Origin: an uncultured Candidatus Saccharibacteria bacterium
Lineage (GTDB): Bacteria > Patescibacteriota > Saccharimonadia > QS-5-54-17
Assembly: GCA_964489295.1 (NCBI GenBank)
Contig: CAZAXT010000002.1
Coordinates: 5,263-41,649 of the forward strand
Direction of reading: 5' to 3'
Length of the DNA: 36,387 bases
Shown here: positions 1 through 9,101 of the stretch, in pieces
Layout of the letters: each line of letters starts with the position of its first letter
How positions within the stretch are numbered: the first letter of the stretch is position 1
Program-made: the position numbers and the translations under genes
The notes under the pieces: generated by a model
The model's input: only the letters and a program-made list of their open reading frames with translations
Database searches by the model: none
What the model was told of the DNA's origin: nothing

Positions 1-1149
1 AGTTTCGGCGGATTCAGCGAAACTGAATTCCTCAACAATCAGCACCAAGGGCGCGTAACATACGAGACTAACGTCTCGAGCGGAACAATCGATGATGAGA
101 AAATTATCACCTCTACCGGACGGGTATATGCGGACGGGGGTAGTTCTAATCCGACAGTAGTTCGACGTATCCGTTTAGTAGTGGTTGGCACTACCTCCAG
201 TGGTTATGATGTACAAAGCGGGCCGGGTGGATTGATTATGGACAACACAGCGACAGTTGCCAACGGTGAAGTTTACATAGGTGGTTATCTTGATATGAAC
301 AACGCCGCCCAGATTGGGACACTGGCGACCCCTACCGCAGTGGAAGTGGCGCACGAAAATTGCCCTGACCCTCCGGATAGCACCTATCCGAGCCAGTGCA
401 GCTCGGGAGAACCGATTGATATGAGCGGTGTGGCACATATTTATGGAGACGTTCATGCTGTCAATCAAACCGATGGTAGTCAAATGAGTAATTCCGGTTT
501 GGTGGACCAAAATGTTTCGGATGTAGGGTTGCCTGATTACGACCGACAAGCTCACAAGGATGCCGTTAGTGATACGGTTTCCAGAAGTGAAGGAAGCTGT
601 TCCGGGGGTGAATCGAAAACATGGCAGAATAACCTGAAAATATCGGGAGATGTCACGCTTCGTAATAGTTGCCAAATCACTGTAGAAGGCGATGTATGGA
701 TAACTGGCGACCTGCTGCTCCGTAACGCTTCTCGACTCGTTGCAGGAAGCTCACTGACGAACACTCCGACAGTCATGATTGACGGCCAGAATGGGCTCCG
801 ACTCCGTAATGCAGCCTCGGTTATCGCCAACGCCGACGGTGTAGGCGTGCAATTCATTACCTTTTACGCAGACGCACCGTGTTCACCGGATTGTACGAGT
901 TTGAGCGGCGCAGATTTATACAATTCCCAGGACGAAGTGACCATCCACCTTGATAACTCATCATTGGGTGCTGGTTCGGAGTTTTATGCCCGATGGTCAC
1001 GCGTGAGAGTCAATAATTCCGGTTCCGTCGGGACGATACTCGGACAATCTATTCATATGTCTAACACGGGAACGTTGTCCATTGGACACAATCTCTCTTC
1101 GGGTGACCAAATATGGACTATCGAAAACTACCAACGGATATACCAATAA
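1..1149 (+). CDS. PilX-like minor pilin/pilus-tip protein with C-terminal beta-solenoid domain (5'-truncated by window)
   Basis: Frame 1 is open from base 1 (SFGGFSETEF...KIITSTGRVY...VVRRIRLVVVG); ITSTG...RRI is typical of the end of PilX/PilK-like N-terminal domains. It is followed by repeated hydrophobic-x-N units and Cys pairs, and lies directly upstream of pilM. Confidence 0.65.
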   Translation, partial: SFGGFSETEFLNNQHQGRVTYETNVSSGTIDDEKIITSTGRVYADGGSSNPTVVRRIRLVVVGTTSSGYDVQSGPGGLIMDNTATVANGEVYIGGYLDMNNAAQIGTLATPTAVEVAHENCPDPPDSTYPSQCSSGEPIDMSGVAHIYGDVHAVNQTDGSQMSNSGLVDQNVSDVGLPDYDRQAHKDAVSDTVSRSEGSCSGGESKTWQNNLKISGDVTLRNSCQITVEGDVWITGDLLLRNASRLVAGSSLTNTPTVMIDGQNGLRLRNAASVIANADGVGVQFITFYADAPCSPDCTSLSGADLYNSQDEVTIHLDNSSLGAGSEFYARWSRVRVNNSGSVGTILGQSIHMSNTGTLSIGHNLSSGDQIWTIENYQRIYQ

Positions 1150-1161
1150 CAAAGCCATGAC

Positions 1162-1170
1162 TGATATAAT
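1162..1170 (+). promoter_or_regulatory. Extended -10 promoter (TGATATAAT) upstream of pilM
   Basis: Perfect TGnTATAAT in the 40-bp gap, 19 nt before the pilM ATG. Confidence 0.55.
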
Positions 1171-1189
1171 GCTTATGATTGTATGAATT

Positions 1190-2245
1190 ATGAAGACGCC
1201 ACTTTTTTATAGAAAAAAACCAATTTTCGGTATCGACATCGGCCAATCCACTGTCAAAGTGGTACAGATCGGCCGGGACAAATCTTATCCCCGGGTTACC
1301 GGATACGGCTATGCTGATTTCGACCCGAACGCTATCGACAACGGCGTCATCGTAGACCCTGATGCGGTCAAACAGTCACTACAGCCACTGTTAAAAAACA
1401 TTGTCATAGGAGAACTCACGACCGACCGGGTAACAGCCAGTATACCCATGGCCTATATCTACAGCCGGATCCTGGAGCTGAGCGGCATAGAAGAAGATGA
1501 TCTCTCTGAAGCGGTACAGCTGGAAGCCCAACAGTATATTCCGCTTGATAACGACGAAGTTTATTTGGACTACACTATATTAGAACGCTCGGACGACGAG
1601 AAAATCAGGGTGTTCATGATAGCCGCCCCCAAAACTATCGTTGATTCATATTTGAATTTGTTTAGTTCCGTTGGTCTGGAAGTTCACAGTACCGAACCCA
1701 GCGTGCTTTCAATTGTGCGAGCAATAAACAATTCCTACACTGACAAAAAGCCGAAAATCGTGATCGATTTCGGGTCCAGATCCAGCGATCTCGCTATTTA
1801 CGATAAACACATACGTCTTACGAGTACGGCCTCCACTGGCGGCGACCACATAACCGACGCCATTTCCGAAACACTTGGCGTGGAGCAGGAGAAAGCCCAG
1901 GAGATCAAAACGCGATACGGCATCAGTAAAAGTCAATGGCAGGAACAACTCGCCCCCGCCTTAACCCCGATTTTGACCACACTGGCCGAAGAGGTTCAGA
2001 AAATGCTGCGCTATCACCACGAACACGGGGACACCGATTCCGCTATTGAACAGGTTGTTATCGTTGGCGGTGGTGCTAACCTTCCCGGACTCGAGAATTT
2101 CATAGCCCGTTTGAGCGGACTTTCGGTCGCCACCGCTAATCCGTGGGACAACATGTACATCAAACCCTTGCAGCCGCCGCACAGGCTGGAAACAACGCTT
2201 TACACTACGGCGGTCGGGCTTGCCCTGAAGGAGCTCGAACGATGA
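1190..2245 (+). CDS. pilM: Type IV pilus assembly protein PilM (actin/FtsA-like)
   Basis: GIDIGQSTVKVV, EAQQYIP, IDFGSRSSD and VGGGANLPGL actin-fold motifs; ends ...TAVGLALK; followed by pilN/pilO-like genes. Confidence 0.93.
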   Translation: MKTPLFYRKKPIFGIDIGQSTVKVVQIGRDKSYPRVTGYGYADFDPNAIDNGVIVDPDAVKQSLQPLLKNIVIGELTTDRVTASIPMAYIYSRILELSGIEEDDLSEAVQLEAQQYIPLDNDEVYLDYTILERSDDEKIRVFMIAAPKTIVDSYLNLFSSVGLEVHSTEPSVLSIVRAINNSYTDKKPKIVIDFGSRSSDLAIYDKHIRLTSTASTGGDHITDAISETLGVEQEKAQEIKTRYGISKSQWQEQLAPALTPILTTLAEEVQKMLRYHHEHGDTDSAIEQVVIVGGGANLPGLENFIARLSGLSVATANPWDNMYIKPLQPPHRLETTLYTTAVGLALKELER

Positions 2246-2892
2246 TCAACATACTTCCGCCCGAACTCAAGAGACAGATCAAGTTTTCCCGGTACAATGT
2301 TATCGCGCTCAGGTACATTTTTTACGTCGTACTGATCGCATTGGTTACGGGCGGGACGCTCGGAGTAAGCCATTGGTACGCTGACCAACAAATTTCAGAT
2401 TATAAACAAAACTTAGAAACAAAAAACGCTGAAGCGGGCGAATATCAAGAGCTGGAATCTTCGATCCAAGCTTTTAACCAAAAAACCGAAACGGTACGGT
2501 CGCTATTGGATCAACGGCCCAGGTTCTCTGTACTGTTGGAGGATATCGCCAACGTGCTGCCACAAGGGTCATATTTAAGAGGCATCACGCTCAATGAGGA
2601 AATCGATCAACCGGTAGAACTGAATGTTGTCGTTCCTTCCCGGAGTGAAGCGGTCAGCATACGGGACGCATTGCTTCAATCGCCGCGCATAACCTCGGCG
2701 GACATCCAAAACATAAGTCAGGATGATGATTCGGATGACGTCGATGTACACATCATAATCACATTTTCAGCCGGCAATAGTTCGGGCGGCGATACAAATG
2801 GAAGCAACGAGTCCGATGACGGCACCGGTGACACGAATGGCGCCGACAACGGATCGAACAATACTGGAGACACTTCTGGAGGTGAATCATGA
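2242..2892 (+). CDS. pilN: Type IV pilus assembly protein PilN with acidic low-complexity tail
   Basis: Start re-assigned to ATG 2242 (ATGA overlap with the pilM stop). Canonical MINILPPE PilM-binding N-terminus, one TM helix, coiled coil, LLEDIANVLP ferredoxin-like domain. Confidence 0.88.
   Translation: MINILPPELKRQIKFSRYNVIALRYIFYVVLIALVTGGTLGVSHWYADQQISDYKQNLETKNAEAGEYQELESSIQAFNQKTETVRSLLDQRPRFSVLLEDIANVLPQGSYLRGITLNEEIDQPVELNVVVPSRSEAVSIRDALLQSPRITSADIQNISQDDDSDDVDVHIIITFSAGNSSGGDTNGSNESDDGTGDTNGADNGSNNTGDTSGGES
2788..2880 (+). repeat. Degenerate 39-nt (13-aa) tandem repeat GDT(N/S)G in the PilN tail
   Basis: GDTNG codons start at 2788 and 2827 and GDTSG at 2866: exact 39-nt spacing. 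Confidence 0.6.
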
Positions 2893-3464
2893 AACCGCAA
2901 TATATATTTTATTTCTTGATCGGGTGCATCATAGTACTGGTTATCGGGGGGTCGGTCGCCTATTATCTCTCGCATGACCGGTTCCAGTCTAAAATCGACC
3001 AGACCGAGCGACTAAGAGCCGAAATCATAACCGCTCGCGAGCGGGTCGAAAGGCTTGAAAACCTGGAGCAATCGTATACGGAAATACAGCCATTCGAGGA
3101 GAAAATGAACCGTATGGTACCCCAAAAGAAAAAGCAAGCAGAGGTAGCGGCTTTGATTTTCTCCATGATGAACAGCAGCAACGTGAGCGGGAGCTCTATT
3201 TCTTTCGAGCAAACGAGCGGGGCTCCAAGCAGTCAAACCCAGACAACCGAAGGCGATGTATCCGGCGTACGTGTCATGCCGGTCAACTTCAGCGTCAATG
3301 GCAGCTACGAGCAATTACAATCGTTTTTACGGAACATAGAACAACAGGAGCGACTCATGCAGGTAACATCATTGACCATACAACGCACCGGAGATACTGA
3401 CGGGTTAGTATTTGATATACAATTGGAGGTATTCCTCAAAAATGCAAGTTCCCAAGAAGATTAG
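2889..3464 (+). CDS. pilO: Type IV pilus assembly protein PilO
   Basis: N-terminal TM, coiled coil, PVNFSVNGSYEQLQSFLRNIEQQERLMQV PilO signature; ATGA overlap with pilN. Confidence 0.88.
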   Translation: MKPQYIFYFLIGCIIVLVIGGSVAYYLSHDRFQSKIDQTERLRAEIITARERVERLENLEQSYTEIQPFEEKMNRMVPQKKKQAEVAALIFSMMNSSNVSGSSISFEQTSGAPSSQTQTTEGDVSGVRVMPVNFSVNGSYEQLQSFLRNIEQQERLMQVTSLTIQRTGDTDGLVFDIQLEVFLKNASSQED

Positions 3465-3735
3465 TCAAATCGGCCAATACATCTATACCTATCGAGTAAT
3501 CGTTCTCTGGTGTGTCATCCTTGGATTGCTTGGTTTCACTCTGTGGCAAAGCATGAAGATCAGCGATCCCGGTGTCGACCAGGCGTATCTACAGCAGCAA
3601 CGCACCGCACAAGAAGAGAGCGCCACAGAGATCCTGCTCGATGAATCGCTGCGGGAGACACTTAATCAACTGGAGCGTACTCCGGTAGATGTTAAAGCTG
3701 AAAATCTTGGTACCAACAATCCGTTTAACCCATAG
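3442..3735 (+). CDS. Small single-TM protein in the PilP position of the pil operon
   Basis: ATG 3442 (MQVPKK), one TM helix, C-terminal GTNNPF resembling the R-x-PF motif of PilP N-termini; overlaps the pilO end. Confidence 0.65.
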   Translation: MQVPKKISQIGQYIYTYRVIVLWCVILGLLGFTLWQSMKISDPGVDQAYLQQQRTAQEESATEILLDESLRETLNQLERTPVDVKAENLGTNNPFNP

Positions 3736-3773
3736 GTCTCGGATTTATAAGCAACGGACTGTAAAACGTTACC

Positions 3774-4325
3774 CTATCGACTCCCGGTAAATTCTGGGTG
3801 TGTTTCGATAAAACGCTCATGCGCGTCATAAATAACTCGTGATATATAGTACGGGTTCGGGGCTTTTTCAAAACGGAAATTGGCTTTTTCACCCGCAGTT
3901 TCGAGCGTAACGGTGCCGAAATCAAGCATATTGGCCAATAAACCGGATTGCTGAACGGTTACTTCCTGCACATTAGCTAAACTGAGCTGTGAAACATCAC
4001 GACTGAACAGGGAGAATTGATTAACTTCGATAATACTTTCGTTCGTGATGATTAATTGACTTTTAAAATACACCTTGACCGAAACAAATGTCATTAAACC
4101 TGCTACGCCCATTACGAGCAGTATGATTAGCGCCAACGGAAGCTGTGATACACCGAACGTAAGCGCGTTCGTTATCGGTCCGAGGGCAAAGAGAGTGATC
4201 AGTCCTATCAACCCGAGCAATCCGGTCCCGATAACCAACGGGGCTATGCCGAACGGATGATGTTTGGTCTGATGGAGAATCTCTTCTCCATCATCGAGCG
4301 TGTATAGTTGTTTGTTATTTCCCAT
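3774..4325 (-). CDS. Membrane-anchored bacterial PH-domain protein (bPH_2/DUF304-like)
   Basis: Two TM helices, then LIITNESII...LANVQEVTVQQSGLLANMLDFGTVTLETAG. Start set at MGNNK, 6 nt after a TACAAT box. Confidence 0.8.
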   Translation of the reverse strand: MGNNKQLYTLDDGEEILHQTKHHPFGIAPLVIGTGLLGLIGLITLFALGPITNALTFGVSQLPLALIILLVMGVAGLMTFVSVKVYFKSQLIITNESIIEVNQFSLFSRDVSQLSLANVQEVTVQQSGLLANMLDFGTVTLETAGEKANFRFEKAPNPYYISRVIYDAHERFIETHPEFTGSR

Positions 4326-4351
4326 ATCCCTATTGTATCCCACATTCCTGC

Positions 4352-5371
4352 TCATACTAAGAAAGGGTTGTCACCGGGCTCATAATCAAGATGGTGATAG
4401 GCTTTCGGGCTTACTCGTCGTCCCCGGGGCGTCCGTTCCAGAAATCCGATTTGCATTAAATACGGTTCGTACACATCCTCTATCGTTGTCCGTTCTTCCG
4501 ACACCAAAGCAGCAATGGTATCAATGCCGACCGGACCGCCATTATGGTTCTCGATGATCACACTCAGGAGCATACGATCGGCTCCGTCCAACCCGAGTTC
4601 GTCGATCTCGAGCATGGTCAGAGCTTCCTGGGCGATATCATGGGTCAGAGCACCATTACCTTTGACATCGGCTAAATCACGCACCCGTCGCAACAATCGA
4701 TTCGCCACCCGCGGGGTTAAGCGGGCACGCCGGGCGATCTCGTCAGCTGCTTTGGTTTCGATCTCCACTCCGATGATCGAGCCCGACCGATGCAGTATGT
4801 CCGTCATCTCTTCATGCGTGTAAAACTCCAGTCGGTGCACCATACCGAACCGATCCCGTAACGGAGCTGACAAAGCACCGACACGCGTCGTAGCCCCGAT
4901 AATGGTAAACGCCGGTAAATCAAGTTGGAGCGACCGGGCGGACGGTCCTTTGCCGACCATAATATCGAGCTGGAAATCCTCCATGGCCGGATATAATACC
5001 TCTTCCACACTCCGGGGTAAGCGGTGGATTTCGTCAATAAATAATATGTCACCGTCTTCAATATTGGTCAGAAGTGACGCCAAATCTCCCGCCCGTTCTA
5101 TGGCCGGTCCCGATGTTACCCGTAAATTGGTACCCATCTCGCGAGCTATAACGCCGGCAAGCGTCGTTTTTCCCAGCCCGGGCGGTCCATGCAGTAATAC
5201 ATGGTCAATGGATTCGCCGCGCTTTTGAGCTGCCTGTATGGCTAATTGGAGATTCCGTTTGGCATTTTCCTGTCCTATATAGGAAGTAAAGTCCTTGGGA
5301 CGTAACGTAACTTCGGTCTGTTCGGTAGTTTCATCTTCTCCGGCTTCGGAGCTGACAATGCGTTCGATCAT
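4352..5371 (-). CDS. ruvB: Holliday junction branch migration helicase RuvB
   Basis: LRPKDF, Walker [39 protein letters not shown]. Confidence 0.98.
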   Translation of the reverse strand: MIERIVSSEAGEDETTEQTEVTLRPKDFTSYIGQENAKRNLQLAIQAAQKRGESIDHVLLHGPPGLGKTTLAGVIAREMGTNLRVTSGPAIERAGDLASLLTNIEDGDILFIDEIHRLPRSVEEVLYPAMEDFQLDIMVGKGPSARSLQLDLPAFTIIGATTRVGALSAPLRDRFGMVHRLEFYTHEEMTDILHRSGSIIGVEIETKAADEIARRARLTPRVANRLLRRVRDLADVKGNGALTHDIAQEALTMLEIDELGLDGADRMLLSVIIENHNGGPVGIDTIAALVSEERTTIEDVYEPYLMQIGFLERTPRGRRVSPKAYHHLDYEPGDNPFLV

Positions 5372-5449
5372 ATCTTTCCGTCCTGTTCACATCTCTAGTA
5401 TATCAGTTGCGAGTGAGCGCATGCATATACAGATAGTTGCTACGACCCG

Positions 5450-6016
5450 TCACGAGAGCTGCCGCAATGCCGCTTTGATTCGCGACTGCTCATCCAGATC
5501 GGGCGCTACTTCAGCCAAGGCACGAGCAGCGTCACTGCGAGCGTACCCAAGCGACTCGAGGGCTTGCATAGCCGCATCTTCTCCTGACTCTTGTTCAGCG
5601 TTCGTAAACGGGTGGCTCGGCGCCAATTTGTCCTTCAATTCAACGGCGATCCGTTCAGCCGTGCGTTTCCCGACCCCGTTGGCTGTCTGCAAAAACGCTA
5701 CATCGCCGGTATTAATAGCCCGCTGTGCCTGTTCGACTCCGGATATCGACAACACGGCCAGAGCAGCCTTGGGGCCGATGCCCGATACGCTTAAGAGCTG
5801 TTCGAACAGCTCACGCCCATACCACTGTGTAAACCCATATAATTCATACGCATCCTCGCGGACGCTTTCATAAAGCCAATAATGCGCGTCATGGCCCGTG
5901 TGCGCGTTGCTCAAGTCCTGAGCGGTTACCCATACCTGATACCCAATGCCACCTGTCTCTACAACCAACGAATCTTCCAGTTTATGGGTCACCCGACCCG
6001 AGAGCGTGATCATCAT
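5450..6016 (-). CDS. ruvA: Holliday junction branch migration protein RuvA
   Basis: GGIGYQV, VREDAYELYGF, LLSVSGIGPKAAL HhH, GVGKRTAERIAVELK, C-terminal ALESLGY. Start set at MMITLSG (6016 or 6013). Confidence 0.96.
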   Translation of the reverse strand: MMITLSGRVTHKLEDSLVVETGGIGYQVWVTAQDLSNAHTGHDAHYWLYESVREDAYELYGFTQWYGRELFEQLLSVSGIGPKAALAVLSISGVEQAQRAINTGDVAFLQTANGVGKRTAERIAVELKDKLAPSHPFTNAEQESGEDAAMQALESLGYARSDAARALAEVAPDLDEQSRIKAALRQLS

Positions 6017-6024
6017 AATCCCAA

Positions 6025-6492
6025 TTATGCGGCGATAACCTGGGAATGGCAAATTGCGATTGCTAAGGCATCGGCCGCGTCATCGGGCTTCGGTGGCTGT
6101 GAAAGCCCGAGTCGCAGGCGCACCATCTCCTGGATCTGATGTTTCTCAGCCCGGCCGTAACCGGTCAGGGCTTGCTTGATTTGCAGCGGTGTATATTCAT
6201 TGACATCCACTCCGTACTGGGTCGCCGCCAGCATCGACACACCCCGGGCATGACTGACCGAAATAGCGGTTTTGACATTACTGGCAAAATACAACTCTTC
6301 GATCGATACTTCTTTCGGCGCATATTCCCGCAAAAGTTCTGATAATTCCTCGTGGATCGTTTTCAACCGCAACTCTAAAGCCTGTTTAGCGGGCGTCCGC
6401 ACCACGCCCGCGTCAACCAAGCCGGCCGGGTTCGTTTCGATCACCCCGAACCCGGTGGTCGCAGTTCCCGGATCGATGCCGAAAATCCGCAC
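6025..6492 (-). CDS. ruvC: Crossover junction endodeoxyribonuclease RuvC
   Basis: GIDPG, IEELYF, YTPLQIKQALTGYGRAEK, PDDAADALAIAICH. Confidence 0.97.
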   Translation of the reverse strand: MRIFGIDPGTATTGFGVIETNPAGLVDAGVVRTPAKQALELRLKTIHEELSELLREYAPKEVSIEELYFASNVKTAISVSHARGVSMLAATQYGVDVNEYTPLQIKQALTGYGRAEKHQIQEMVRLRLGLSQPPKPDDAADALAIAICHSQVIAA

Positions 6493-7215
6493 TTACAACA
6501 CTCCTTCGGGAATATCGAAATTGCTGTAGGTGTTGGTTACATCATCCAAATCTTCCAGCGCGTTCATGAGATTGACGACCTTTTGCGCGGTCGCTTGATC
6601 CTCGATCATGATGGCGCGCTGGGGTACGTAGCCCAGCTCCGCCATGGTAATGGGGTATTCTTGTAACTGCGCTTGGACGTGTTTGAGCTGGGTCGGGTCA
6701 GTATAGACCGTTACGATGCCTTCGTCGGTCACGACATCCGCGGCGCCGGCTTCGATAGCTGCCAATGCTGCCGCGTCCGGATCGTCCGCTTCTATGGTCA
6801 TGATGCCGCGACGGTCGAACTGGAAGGACACGGCCCCGGTTTCGGTCATGGTACCGCCGTTTTTATTGAACGTGCTCCGGATATCGGAGGAGGTGCGATT
6901 TTTGCTATCCGTGACACCTTCGACAATGATGGCGACACCCCCTGGACCGTACCCTTCATACATGACTTCCTCGATATTACCGGTTCCGGCTTGACCGCTT
7001 CCGCGTGCGATTGCCCGTTCAATGTTGGCGTTGGGCATGTTGGATTTTTTGGCTTTTTCGATCGCCAACCGTAACCGGAAGTTACTGTCGGGATCGGCGC
7101 CCTCCCGGGCAGCGACCGTAATGGCATTGGCAAGCTTAGTAAACTGCTGGCCGCGTTTGGCGTCCTGCGCCCCTTTTTTGCGTTTAATGGTCTGCCATTT
7201 AGAGTGTCCTGACAT
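6493..7215 (-). CDS. yebC: YebC/PmpR family protein
   Basis: MSGHSKWQTIKRKKG start, YEGYGPGG, LEDLDDV; SD GAGGAG (7222-7227) and TGGTATACT upstream. Confidence 0.96.
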   Translation of the reverse strand: MSGHSKWQTIKRKKGAQDAKRGQQFTKLANAITVAAREGADPDSNFRLRLAIEKAKKSNMPNANIERAIARGSGQAGTGNIEEVMYEGYGPGGVAIIVEGVTDSKNRTSSDIRSTFNKNGGTMTETGAVSFQFDRRGIMTIEADDPDAAALAAIEAGAADVVTDEGIVTVYTDPTQLKHVQAQLQEYPITMAELGYVPQRAIMIEDQATAQKVVNLMNALEDLDDVTNTYSNFDIPEGVL

Positions 7216-7255
7216 GTAGTACTCCTCATTCTGTAGTATACCAACGTCTTCCCTG

Positions 7256-7585
7256 TTAATCGACAACGGTCCGATAGACATCGAACATCCCTCGGGTTTT
7301 CAGGCGCATTACGAACAACCATACTGCTATAGCGCCGCACACCCCCGCCAACTATTACGCTCACCCACCGTTTACGTTCCGCCGTCTTGTAGTATATGAA
7401 TATCGCTTCTGTGGTACTAAATAGGATTACGCTGCGCAATATAAACACGACTTCGCGTACTGTCAGTGCGTGACTACGCCGAATCGTGCCAACACTAAAC
7501 CGGCGAGAAACCCGACAGCGATCAACTGCAACAAGACGGCACGTTTGCATAAAAAGTCAACAACACGCGCCCGCGGTATAGACAT
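7256..7585 (-). pseudogene. Frameshifted remnant of a multi-TM membrane protein gene (possibly a collapsed comEC)
   Basis: ATG 7585 lies 8 nt after TATAGT and gives MSIPRARVVDFLCKRAVLLQLIAVGFLAGLVLARFGVVTH* (stop 7463-7465). A moderately hydrophobic segment follows in another frame, then LAGVCGAIAVWLFVMRLKTRGMFDVYRTVVD* (stop 7256-7258) in the original frame. Confidence 0.4.
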
Positions 7586-7630
7586 TACTTCGTACTATAC
7601 CCGGGAATACGTCCGGACACCAGTTTACCG

Positions 7631-9022
7631 CTACTCGCTGCTGTTGTCCCGGGTTTGGTCGACCCGTATATTGGCGTCTCTGAGTGCCTGATCGGGCATG
7701 TGGCCGGGGGCGCCCATCATGGGATCACGCCCGTCGCCTGTCTTCGGGAAAGCCATAACTTCACGGATGTTGGGCTCATGTGCTAACACCATCAACAGCC
7801 GGTCGAGTCCGAGCGCGATACCACCGTGGGGAGGCGCCCCATATCGAAAAGCTTCCAGCATGTGTCCGAATCGTTCATCCGCTTCCTCGGTTTCCATGCC
7901 AAGTATCCGGAAAATACGATACTGCAACTGCTGATCATGTATACGCATAGAACCGCCTCCGGCTTCATGACCATTGAGCGCCAGATCGAACGCATCAGCA
8001 ACTACCTGGGTTGGATCGCTTTCGAGCAATTCCAACTGGTCGGGTTTGGGCGCAGTGAACGGATGATGCATAGCCGTGATTTCTCCGGTACTGGCCTCAG
8101 TCTCGAACATCGGGAAATCAATTACCCAAGTAAACGCCAGTTCATAGGGATCTTCGGGATCGTTCCGTAGATCCGGCTTATCGGTGCCGTATTGCTCCAT
8201 CGCCTCGGCATATGTCATTCGGGGGAACGGCGTGGTGGAAATGTAATGATCCGGCAGTAACTGCTCAACCAACACGGTCATCATATCCTCGGTGATCTGC
8301 AGAATGGTTTCCTGATCGACAAACGACAACTCCATGTCGATCTGGGTATGTTCGGGCTGGCGGTCTCCCCGCTGATCTTCGTCACGGAACGCTTTGGCCA
8401 ATTGGAAATATCGTCCGATACCGCCAACCATTAACAATTGTTTGAACTGTTGCGGAGATTGGGGTAATACATAAAACTGTCCAGGATGTAAGCGGGAAGG
8501 CACTAAAAACTCCCGAGCTCCTTCGGGCGTCCCTTTGCTCAAAGCGGGGGTTTCGACCTCGATGAATTCACGTTCGCTCAAGAAATTCCGCACGAATTGC
8601 ATCACCCGGTGTCGTAAGTGGAGGTTAGCGTGCATCCGCTCCGACCTGAGATCCAGGTACCGGTATTGTAAACGTACCTCTTCGCTGATGGATCGGGTGT
8701 CTTTTTTGATTTCAATCGGAGTCTCCTTGGCTTGATTCAGTACGGTGACCTCGTCCGCCGCAAGCTCCACGGAGCCGGTTGCCAGGTTCGGATTCTGAAA
8801 TTGCGCCCCCCGCTCTTTTATGAAACCGGCCACTTCTATCACCCATTCCGCGCCCAGCGAGGGCAGATCGTCACTTTTCATTACGACCTGTAAAATACCG
8901 CCGGGGTCGCGCAAGTCGATAAAAGCCATTTTACCCATGTTGCGTATGCTGTGTACCCATCCGCTCGTAGTGACTCGCTCCCCGATATGATGTGGTGTTT
9001 CGATGGTCGGCGTGTATTTCAT
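7631..9022 (-). CDS. aspS: Aspartate--tRNA ligase, short bacterial type without GAD insertion
   Basis: OB-fold GWVHSIR..FIDLRD, RYLDLR, PEGAREF, LPQSPQQFKQ, FRDED.RGDRQPE, HHPFT, GGGSMRIH, GAPPHGGIALGLDR, AFPKT. Confidence 0.97.
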   Translation of the reverse strand: MKYTPTIETPHHIGERVTTSGWVHSIRNMGKMAFIDLRDPGGILQVVMKSDDLPSLGAEWVIEVAGFIKERGAQFQNPNLATGSVELAADEVTVLNQAKETPIEIKKDTRSISEEVRLQYRYLDLRSERMHANLHLRHRVMQFVRNFLSEREFIEVETPALSKGTPEGAREFLVPSRLHPGQFYVLPQSPQQFKQLLMVGGIGRYFQLAKAFRDEDQRGDRQPEHTQIDMELSFVDQETILQITEDMMTVLVEQLLPDHYISTTPFPRMTYAEAMEQYGTDKPDLRNDPEDPYELAFTWVIDFPMFETEASTGEITAMHHPFTAPKPDQLELLESDPTQVVADAFDLALNGHEAGGGSMRIHDQQLQYRIFRILGMETEEADERFGHMLEAFRYGAPPHGGIALGLDRLLMVLAHEPNIREVMAFPKTGDGRDPMMGAPGHMPDQALRDANIRVDQTRDNSSE

Positions 9023-9029
9023 TCATTCA

Positions 9030-9095
9030 ATAGTATCAGCCATCAGACGGCTCATCGCAACCGGCACCCGTTCCGGCATATATCCGTGTTACAAT
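9030..9095. promoter_or_regulatory. Back-to-back extended -10 promoters for aspS (-) and the 9102 gene (+), both apparently leaderless
   Basis: Minus strand TGA-TACTAT (9030-9035), 7 nt before the aspS ATG; plus strand TGT-TACAAT (9090-9095), 6 nt before ATG 9102. Confidence 0.6.
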
Positions 9096-9101
9096 GCGCG
9101 C

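Noticed and set aside
7463-7465. TGA read-through or genetic code 25 to rescue the 7585 ORF
   Set aside because: TAA and TAG stops follow in the same frame, and TGA ends pilM, pilN, ruvA and others at the expected positions.
6846-7550. 234-aa minus-strand ORF
   Set aside because: Overlaps yebC out of frame; only the short moderately hydrophobic part near 7350-7465 is used, as a piece of the proposed relic.
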